32,000 bases of DNA from Nostoc punctiforme PCC 73102 (lineage in GTDB: Bacteria; Cyanobacteriota; Cyanobacteriia; Cyanobacteriales; Nostocaceae), in assembly GCF_000020025.1 (NCBI RefSeq), contig NC_010628.1, positions 2,880,001-2,912,000 of the forward strand. Reading direction: 5' to 3'. The notes under the pieces are model-generated. The model searched no databases. It was not told the DNA's origin and saw only the letters and a list, made by a program, of their open reading frames with translations. This document shows, piece after piece, positions 1 through 7,789 of the stretch. Every line of letters begins with the position of its first letter. The first letter of the stretch is position 1. The position numbers and the translations under genes are program-made.

Positions 1-1629
1 GATACCTGCTGCTAACTGCTCACCCCGCAACCGCAAGCCCAAATCATCGCCACTGGTACACCGCGAGAGAAATTGCTCAAGTTTATCGAGTAAAGAAGCT
101 TTCGTCTGCTGAAAATTAAAGTCTGGTTTTTGCTCACCAAAGCCTGCAAAAATATTGCCTTGAATCACCTGTTGAAACTGACTTTCGTACTCGCTAATTG
201 CTGTATCTACCGCAGTGTCTACCTTCAACAGTGTTCCTAAATAATCTGCCCCCTGCAAAGCATATACAATCTGATTTGTCAATTTTTCTGGAATTCCCGT
301 CGCTTCCGTCACCTCTCGCCGCAACTCCACCAACGCCGGATCATCTGCTGGTAAAGAACCCAACTGAAGATTAGATGCAACCAAATTTAGATGTTTAGGA
401 CTTGCTTGTGGAGAAAGTAGCCGCGCCTTCAGTATTAACGCTGCTGCCGCAATTTGTATTGCTCTGGGGTCAATATCAACACCATATAAATTGTTCTCTA
501 GAATCGACTCAACAATTTGGCGATCGCTCCAATTTTCCCCCCGATGCCTTGCTTCTTCCTGGTAAAGTGTAAATAATAACCCAAAAGCAATTACTAGGAA
601 ATGAGCCGAGCCAGTGGCAGGGTCTAAAATTTTGAGCGATCGCACACTCTCTGGTGCATGAGTGACTGCATCTGCGGTTAATGGTTGGGGAACCCAATAT
701 TTCCAATTTTGTTCAATTCCCGGTTCAATTGGCATTAACGCATCTAACGCTACCTCTTTTTGTTCGCGCTTTTCTCGCCACTCTTTACGCCTTGCTTCCA
801 AACGAGCTAAAGTTCCATCTGCCTCAACCTCAGCCGTCCAACCGTTCTTTTTGCACATCGCCAGCCACATCTGCCCCAAACTGTTATGGAGTAACCACTC
901 CACCATGTAACGTTCTGTAAACATTTGGGTTTTGCTGGCAATTTCATGGGGTTCTACCTTCCCGCCCCCATTTAGTTTTGCATCTAGGGCTTCTCGTTCT
1001 GGGTCGTTCCAGTATTGATAAACCCACCCCAAAGTTGTATCATCCAGCCAAACATCCTTTAATTCAGCTGCATCCAAAGCCTCAATTGCTGCTCTCAAGG
1101 TACTGGCTGGAATTGGGAATAGTGCTGTCACTCCGACATTGCCAAACAAACCAGGCAATTCCTGAGCCAGTTCATCGTAGAGTAATTGCAGCAATGTTCC
1201 GTATCCCTCAGTTTCATCCTTGCACAAGTCCGGTGCAAAATCTCGAAACTCCCGATAACCCCGACTCTGCCAACCTCCGGTTAATACAGCAGGTTTAATT
1301 AATCCGTGTGCTTCCATCTGCTTAATTACTATCAGCCGATTGAGCAAGGTTGCAGCTGCGAGCTTGACTGCTGTTTTCAAATGGCGATCGCGTATTTCAT
1401 CTTCTTGTCTCTTACTTTTACCCTGACTACGGGATTGCTCATCCAGCCATTGTTCCAAGCGCTCTCGTTTCACCTGTTGCTCTTCTGCTAATCCCGCCTT
1501 ATTTAAGGTTTTAATTGATAATCGATAGGTGCTTTCTATCGCGTTTTGCAAATCAGTGAGCAAACGTTCTCTTAAAGCACGAATTGTATTTGATAATTTG
1601 GATTTAGCTTCAGGGGTGAGATAGGACAT
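1..1629 (-). CDS. pglX: BREX type-1 N6-adenine DNA methyltransferase PglX, first 543 codons (gene continues past the left edge)
   Basis: Absent from the ORF track because no stop lies inside the window. My reverse-strand translation from the ATG at 1629 stays open to position 1 ([24 protein letters not shown]...). It contains LGWVYQYWN...[22 protein letters not shown], a motif-I-like [14 protein letters not shown] and [16 protein letters not shown], the pattern I know from PglX. It lies directly downstream of a BrxC-like ORF. Confidence 0.85.
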   Translation of the reverse strand, partial: MSYLTPEAKSKLSNTIRALRERLLTDLQNAIESTYRLSIKTLNKAGLAEEQQVKRERLEQWLDEQSRSQGKSKRQEDEIRDRHLKTAVKLAAATLLNRLIVIKQMEAHGLIKPAVLTGGWQSRGYREFRDFAPDLCKDETEGYGTLLQLLYDELAQELPGLFGNVGVTALFPIPASTLRAAIEALDAAELKDVWLDDTTLGWVYQYWNDPEREALDAKLNGGGKVEPHEIASKTQMFTERYMVEWLLHNSLGQMWLAMCKKNGWTAEVEADGTLARLEARRKEWREKREQKEVALDALMPIEPGIEQNWKYWVPQPLTADAVTHAPESVRSLKILDPATGSAHFLVIAFGLLFTLYQEEARHRGENWSDRQIVESILENNLYGVDIDPRAIQIAAAALILKARLLSPQASPKHLNLVASNLQLGSLPADDPALVELRREVTEATGIPEKLTNQIVYALQGADYLGTLLKVDTAVDTAISEYESQFQQVIQGNIFAGFGEQKPDFNFQQTKASLLDKLEQFLSRCTSGDDLGLRLRGEQLAAGI

Positions 1630-1631
1630 TA

Positions 1632-1729
1632 GGAATAGGGAATGGAGAATAGGGAATTGGGGATTGGGGATTGGGGATTGGGAGTTGGGAGTTGGGAGTT
1701 GGGAGTTGGGAGTTAGGGATTGGGAGTTG
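1632..1729. repeat. Tandem heptamer tract (GGGATTG then GGAGTTG units), STRR-like
   Basis: Read directly from the sequence: ggggattggggattggggattgggagttgggagttgggagttgggagtt. It fills the brxC-pglX spacer. Confidence 0.85.
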
Positions 1730-1761
1730 AGTATTTATGCTTCTTATTCCCCATGCCCCAT

Positions 1762-4030
1762 TTAAGATAAGCGAATGCGAGTATTGGGTTTGAGTTGAGC
1801 TAATAGCCGCTCTTTTAACTGGTTAACTAGTGCATTAATTTCTGCTTCTGTGCTGACTTCACGACCGCTAAGATTTAGCGGTAGCTGCACCACTTGATCT
1901 TCGGTGACTTCAGACAAGACATCATCAAGCCTGTTATTAGCAGTAGTCTCAGCCTTTTGAAGCTTAATTAGTGCTGAATCTTTGAGTTCTAACAAACTGG
2001 GATAGAGTGCATCCTGAGTTGTGTCATAGGTCGCTTCTTGAACGGAACGGAACACATATTCTCCTTGCTTTTCGTTTAATTTGATAAAGTTTTGGCGCTG
2101 TTTGAGTCGTCCTTGAATTGCTTTGGCTTGCTTCTCTTGACTCTCAATCAAGTTCAACCGCACGGCTTTGTAGTGCTGTTCAATTGTTTGTAGGTGAGGT
2201 TCCAAACTGCTAATGTCCCGCCAAGAGCGATCGCTATTTAGCTGTTCTTCTAAAGCTGTGATCGCTTCAGTAATTTCTGTCCAACGCTCAATCTGCTTGA
2301 GTTGAGCTACTTGGTTATCCCGAATATTAATTGCCTTAGTTACTGCATCAACAGCACTATCAGTCAAATCTGTCAAGGAAATACCAAGTTCTTGAATTCC
2401 ATCTCGCAGCGCATCGAGATTTTTCTTAACTGCAATCACAGTGTCTTCAACTTGGCGAGAACGGGTACACTTTTCTAGGGACTCGCGTAACTTGACTAAA
2501 GCTGGGGGTAAATTTGGTCGGTTTGGTAGTTGATTGTACCGTCGTTCTAATTCTTGTAATCGTTTGACCTGACCAGGGAACTGCTGGAACACTGCATCAG
2601 CGATCGCATCATTTTCCCGATCCAATTCAACATCTAATGGTGATTCTTTGAAAAATTTACAAATGGCAATTTTGTCACGCGGGGTAATACTGGTTTCGTT
2701 GGGAGGTAGCAAATCAGCACGTTTGATGTCCCGGTCTTTAGTGAACATATCCTTAGCGCCAGGGTCACGCACCGAAGTAATTTCTGGGCCAGTTTCGGGT
2801 CGAATCCGCACCTTAGTAGCCCGAAGTAAACCTACCAAGCAAGCTTTAACCACATCTGCGGGATAGCCATAGGGCGGCCCACCAAAGTGAGTTAGCAGCT
2901 GATTACCAGAAACCCCATTTTGGTCTTGAATGTACTGACCAATCCGGGAAGGAACTTCACCGCTACAGGTAGGCATATATTTACCTGCATCCAGTTCGAG
3001 TATGCCCAGCCCATCTTTCATAAACTTGTGGGATGGGCCAGATAAGTTCGGCTCTAAAAGTTGCGCTAATTCACCTGGAGTAACTGCCACATCTACATAA
3101 TGGCTGTAAAGATCCGGCAAAATGTTTTCCCCTATGCGTCCAAGCACAGTAGTAAAAGTTGTACCGTGTTGCTGCTTGTCGATTTGTCGTCCCCGGAAGA
3201 AGATTTCACCATCCATAAAGGACTGAGCGATCGCTTTTTGCACTTCTTTCTCTAACACGTCACGGCGACTTTCTTCTTCTCCAAGTAGGTTTCTCTTATC
3301 TTTGGTAAGAGATTGTTTGCGACTTTCATACTTACTGATGATGTGCTGGGATTTGGCAAGTTCTCGTACTTGGGCTGCAACATTATCGCAAGTACCTACT
3401 ACCCAAATTAGGCGATCGCGGAAATTTGAGCGATCGCTAGTTTGTATCCAGGTTGTGGGGTTTCGCTCTTCTTTATTAGTGAGATAGCGAAAGTCAATAG
3501 TCAGTACTGCTGGGTCGTTTGAACCTTGAATACGCTCATCCTGTCGTTGACGACCATCGCTATAAATAGCTAACCAAGGAAACGACTTGTTTTTGTAGCG
3601 AGGCCGTTCTACAGTACCTAACAATGACTTTAATTTATCTGCCACAATCAAACTAATAGCATCAGTAATCACGCTGTGATTATCTCGCTCTCGCTGCCAT
3701 TCTTGCCCAGCAGAACTTTGAATTTTATAGCCAAGTTTGTCAGAATAGGAAAGTAGCCCTAATCCTCGCAATTTTTCTAAAGCTGCTGTACTGGATGGCT
3801 CATTGTTGCCCATTCCCAACTGAGAATAAAGACATTGGCTAACCAAAGTAACAGTTGTCGGTTCTTGTTCTTGAATCAACTCCAAAAGTGCCACGGCTTT
3901 TGCAACTTTTATCGCCATCTCGTCTTTAATAACTTCTTCATGGCTGAACAAACGTGCTAGCGTAGTTTGCACATCAGCGTCTAAAGCCGACTGTTGCAAT
4001 TCATAAATGCTATCGATAGTAACTAACGCA
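1762..4030 (-). pseudogene. brxC: BrxC/PglY-like BREX protein, 5'-truncated (C-terminal ~755 codons only; Walker-A ATPase region missing)
   Basis: ORF-track entry 1762..3999. The frame actually stays open to 4029, the base before the IS630 TIR (…ALVTIDSIYELQQSALDA…). It sits immediately 5' of pglX. It has the segment GGPPYGYPADVVKACLVGLLRATKVRIR and a long coiled-coil tail, as I recall for BrxC C-terminal parts. No P-loop is present. The family call comes from memory and synteny, not from a search. Confidence 0.65.
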
Positions 4031-5297
4031 CCTAGTAGTCTGCCAAGCTAACTTTGCTATGTTAAATTTGGATATAAACGCTCCATTTTTCGGCGAGCAT
4101 CTTTGGTTTGAAAACCCCAATAAACACTAGCTTTTTGCTGATTACGTTTTTTCTCCCAAGCGGCAATCTCAGAAGTTAATGTTTCTGCATTAGGAATACG
4201 CCGTTCTAAACATTGGCGAGATAAAACAGATAATTCGATTTCTACCTGATTCAGCCCTTCGGGTTCGCCAGTTGCTTCAAGTCGGGGAACCCGCCCAACG
4301 CACTGGCTCACCAAGAAGCGTGTTTAGGAGTATAGTGAAACTCTAACTTTTGAATAATTCGACGTGCTTCTTCTGGTGGAAAAACTTCATATAATGCATT
4401 GGGTGTATGAATATTCAAGTTATCAACTACTAAACGAATAACATCGGCATCTCGGTAGGAAACATCTACTAAATTTTTCATTTGTTTAGCAAAATCGGCT
4501 TTAGTTCGACGTTCTGTAACTTCGATATGCCGCCATCCAGCCAAGGGTTGAAAACATGCGAATAAATTTACTGTCCCGTTACGTTTATACTCAAAATCAT
4601 AACGTTCAGGTTGCTCTGGCTGTGGTGGCAAAGGAAGTCTTACTTCTTCTACTAATTGGTATGGACGTTCATCAAAGCAGACTACAGGGCGTTTAGGATC
4701 ATAAGGCTCATTGTATAAATCCAGCACATCTTCCATTCGGAAAACATATTCTGCGTTAACTTCAGGAATACACCATTGTTCTTTCAACCAAGGCTTAATT
4801 TCATTTTTTTTAAAGTTTGACGTACTGTTTCATCTGAGATTGAATCTATGATACCAACGTTCACTAAATGATCTGCTAATAATTGCATTGTCCAACGCAC
4901 TCTTCCTTCTGGCGGATTAGAACAAGCTGTTGCAATCAAAAATGCTTCTTGCTTTTCATCTAATTTTTTATGTTTTGGTGGATGAACTTCATCCTTTAAA
5001 GCAAAATCTAACCCTCCAATGACAAATTTTTCTCGTATTCGTTGCACTGTTGCAACATGCGCTCTAACTATGCTAGCGATCGCTTGATCCGTTTCTCCTT
5101 CGGAAGCCATCAAAAGAATGTTTGCACGGCTTATGGTTCTTGCCTTATGCTTACCTTTCTTAATTATCGATTGCAGTTGGGAAACTTCATCTTCATTCAA
5201 GTCAACAATGTACTTTTTTGCCATGTTACACCCCGTTTTTGGCTATTTTACCAATTAGAGGTTTTACTTAGCAAAGTTACCTTGGTACACTACTAGG
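4031..5297 (-). mobile_element. IS630-family insertion sequence (~1267 bp) with ~29-bp imperfect terminal inverted repeats
   Basis: Left end is CCTAGTAGTCTGCCAAGCTAACTTTGCTA (from 4031). The reverse complement of the right end is CCTAGTAGTGTACCAAGGTAACTTTGCTA (ends 5297). A TA sits at both boundaries, consistent with the TA target of IS630/Tc1 elements. It encloses IS630-type transposase ORFs. Confidence 0.85.
4057..5224 (-). pseudogene. IS630-family transposase split into three frame segments (4784..5224, 4308..4787, 4057..4314)
   Basis: There is an N-terminal HTH part, then ...[12 protein letters not shown]..., a DDE core ([18 protein letters not shown]) and a C-terminal [10 protein letters not shown] / LNQVEIELSVLSRQCL. 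Junction 1 is an A8 run compatible with a -1 frameshift. Junction 2 is a stop plus a 56-nt insert inside the conserved SWLNQVE motif, so the gene is probably inactive. Confidence 0.8.
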
Positions 5298-5906
5298 AGC
5301 ATAAATCAATCCCTGCGGTGGGGTAATTCGCAAACGCAACTCAGGCCAACTTGGATTCGGGCGAATTACTTGCACATGTCCTAATGGAACATTTACACCA
5401 GGGGGAATCAGAGGATTCTCTGCCCCTTCCGGACTGTTACCCAATATCGGGCGTAAAAGATGATCTGTACCGGGAATTTCGATTGCAGCTGCAACCAGAT
5501 CCCCTTCTGCTAAGGTGTAATGATATGCCTTGCGGTTGGCTGCTTCCACGTACCACACCACATCATTGAGACTCAACTTAGCTGCTTGCAATTCATTCAG
5601 TCCTATGGGTCCTTCATGCCCGTCTGACCAACGTCCGTGTAACTCAAAAAACGGACAAACCGGACGCCACTTCCCTTTGTCTTTGAAGCGAATTTCTTCT
5701 GGCAAATAAGCAGAAATATTGCCGTTGGGATCGATATTAAACGTCAGTGCAGGCTTGATGACTGTTTCAGCTGTACCGCGAGGTGAGTAATCATTCTCCG
5801 CCCAATGAAAATTCTCCATTGGGTATGGGGATTGTCCAAACCGAGCAAAGGCTAAGGGAGGACAAATCCAAATTTCTTCAAGAATTAACTGATCTTGAGA
5901 AGACAT
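5277..5906 (-). pseudogene. N-terminal fragment of a LodA/GoxA-like (CTQ-dependent amine oxidase family) protein; the last 5 codons and the stop come from the IS630 TIR
   Basis: ORF-track entry 5277..5948; the likely ATG is at 5906 (MSSQDQLILEE...). The segments ICPPLAFARFGQS, IRFKDKGKWRPVCPFFELHG and VVWYVEAANRKAYHYT resemble the LodA N-terminal pattern as I remember it (PaiGiARvGnS, RqaarFriyg, WtVhlaNkKa). Full-length family members are about 3x longer. The family call is tentative. Confidence 0.35.
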
Positions 5907-6263
5907 AAAGAATGTTAAGTTATGTATTATTAAATACTCTCTAGACAAACTCTAGAATATTTAGCGTCTTATAAGCACATACTTGAAGGTTAAACTTTAC
6001 GTATATTTATATACCTATATTTATTTTTGCTTACTTATCTGGAATTGAGATATTCAACAAAGCATTTACGAGTCAACAGGTGAAATTTCTTACTCAGCAA
6101 TGCCGCCCTGGCTTAACTCACTGATTCTCAAGTAACCCTCTTCTCTGATTCAATAACACCAGCAGGGAGTAGACAAGAATTCCAATAACTGTATTGATAA
6201 TGGCAAAAACTCTCGGTGTCATTTCAGTCTGACGAATTATCAGGCATTACCCCAGGCTGAGGA

Positions 6264-6802
6264 TTGCGCCAATGCATTCATTATCTGTGTCAGGACGAAA
6301 CTAGGGTGGGATTAAAAACTTTAACGGGAAAGGTGATTACGGTTTCTGGAGTCAAACCAACTGTATCCGTGAAATGGCTTCGTGAAAATTTTTGGATTTA
6401 TAGTGCAATCGAACCATTAACAGGACAACATTTCCAGCCAAGTTTACCCCAAGCTAAATGGTGACTATTTTCAACAGTTTTTAAACTGGTTAGCTGGGCA
6501 ATTAGGTGAAGATTATGCAATTTTACAAATAGACCAAGCTTCTGCTCATGTCAGTGGTGCAATTAATTGGCCTGAAAATATTATTCCCCTGCAACAAAGC
6601 CACCTCATCCTCTGGAACTGAATTTCATTGAAAGGCTTTGGCAATATCTCAAAAAATCACTTTTTAATGAACTTTTTTCTTCTTTGCAAGACTTACGTAC
6701 TCGCATACAACAATTGTTTGCCCAATTAACATTTTAGCAGGTAATGTCTATCTCGTCTTATAACTTTATTTTAGAAGATATTTTCTATGCAGCTTCATAT
6801 TA
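6264..6802 (+). pseudogene. IS630-family transposase relic (DDE half only, several frame breaks, no N-terminal HTH part)
   Basis: ORF 6264..6464 reads LCQDETRVGLKTLTGK...YSAIEPLTGQ. Homology continues in other frames (FQQFLNWLAGQLGEDYAILQIDQASAHVSG..., PPELNFIERLWQYLKK..., LRTRIQQLF). No intact start or continuous frame exists. Confidence 0.6.
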
Positions 6803-7303
6803 AATTGGTATTAAAACAATGGTGTTTTCCTCGTGAACACGAGGGCTAAAACCTGAATTTTTACGTTGGTTTCCACAAGTTTTTGATTTACTCATCAACC
6901 TTTATGATAATAATCAAAGCTTTACTATTAGTCAATAAATTCGCCAATTTACAAGGGGTTAACACCTATTATAACAGGGTAAATATGGTCTCAAGAGGTG
7001 AGAAGAGTGAAAAATCCTGTTCAATAAAATTGACTCATGTTTATAATTATTTTTTATAAAAATACTTGGTGAAAGTACATTTGTCTAGATTAGTTAGTAC
7101 CAGTAAAAAAACTGTCATAGTCGCAGTCAAGTAAACAATCACCTAAGAAATATATTAAGAAGAGCGATCTAAGGATCTCTCCGCGCTAAAGTATTAAATG
7201 TTACTAGTAACAAAATGTTTTTCTATCATAATCAACGGCAAAAAGCGGGAGCTATACTTTTGATACGTCTGTCCTAGTGTTATAGTTAAAATTGTTAGGT
7301 GTT

Positions 7304-7453
7304 ATGTTTAAAATAGCGGTATTAGTTTTTGTAGTGTTGTCTATGTTTTATACTCTAGTTTTAAAAGATTCTGAAACATCTATGGTTTATATGCTTGGAG
7401 CGCTAGTTTGTACACTATTATTAATAAATAGTAAACTGTCACCTAGAAATTAG
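7304..7453 (+). CDS. Hypothetical 49-aa small protein with two hydrophobic segments
   Basis: Below the ORF-track cutoff. The ATG at 7304 is preceded by AGGTG 2 nt upstream (7297-7301). Translation is MFKIAVLVFVVLSMFYTLVLKDSETSMVYMLGALVCTLLLINSKLSPRN. The AT-rich context makes chance ORFs easy. Confidence 0.3.
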   Translation: MFKIAVLVFVVLSMFYTLVLKDSETSMVYMLGALVCTLLLINSKLSPRN

Positions 7454-7471
7454 TTTGCTCAAAGAAATGTT

Positions 7472-7735
7472 TTAATTAAAATGGCTATCTAGAGATTTAT
7501 TTAGCAATCCATTTTGGTTAACGGCAATCGTGCTACTTATTTCAATCAAACAGCACCCCATCCATACAAGCGATTTTAACTCTTTCACCACAATCCTGGT
7601 TTTCTCTTTCCAAAAAATAGATTCATTGAGTTCTATTTGACTTGGTGATTTTTCATTTTCAGCAACGGCTACGGCTGAATAATTGACTTCACGACAGTTT
7701 TCTAGCTCTTCACCACAATCTTGGTTTTCTCTCAT
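7472..7735 (-). CDS. Hypothetical 87-aa ORF, doubtful
   Basis: ORF track only. I recognise no family. A DNA repeat inside it is read in two different frames, which argues against protein-level constraint. Confidence 0.2.
   Translation of the reverse strand: MRENQDCGEELENCREVNYSAVAVAENEKSPSQIELNESIFWKEKTRIVVKELKSLVWMGCCLIEISSTIAVNQNGLLNKSLDSHFN
7565..7608. repeat. Distal copy of a direct repeat upstream of the sensor kinase (core CTCTTTCACCACAATCCTGGTTTTCTCT, 7580-7608)
   Basis: Matches 7706-7733 with one indel and one substitution in the core. Weaker similarity extends ~15 nt to the left. The core contains an ACCA-N6-TGGT dyad. Confidence 0.7.
7691..7733. repeat. Proximal copy of the same direct repeat (core CTCTTCACCACAATCTTGGTTTTCTCT, 7706-7733)
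   Basis: Lies 126 bp from the distal copy. It ends 57 nt before the ATG at 7790 and 123 nt before the in-frame GTG at 7856. Confidence 0.7.
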
Positions 7736-7789
7736 TTATTACCTAATAGCAGAAAGTCTTGTATCAGTGTTTAACTCCTGAACAGACTG

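Noticed and set aside
509-1491. Plus- and minus-strand track ORFs 509..706, 662..910, 681..920, 978..1298 and 1306..1491.
   Set aside because: All are off-frame or antisense shadows of the long open pglX frame, which the track misses because it has no in-window stop.
4031-5906. The idea that the LodA-like ORF and the BrxC-like ORF are two halves of one gene interrupted by a simple IS630 insertion.
   Set aside because: After in-silico excision the two parts are in different frames and each frame closes within a few codons of the junction. The sequences also belong to unrelated families.
6824-6852. CRISPR-repeat-like palindrome GTTTTCCTCGTGAACACGAGGGCTAAAAC.
   Set aside because: It is a single copy with no array. 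It is probably a hairpin at the end of the IS630 relic.
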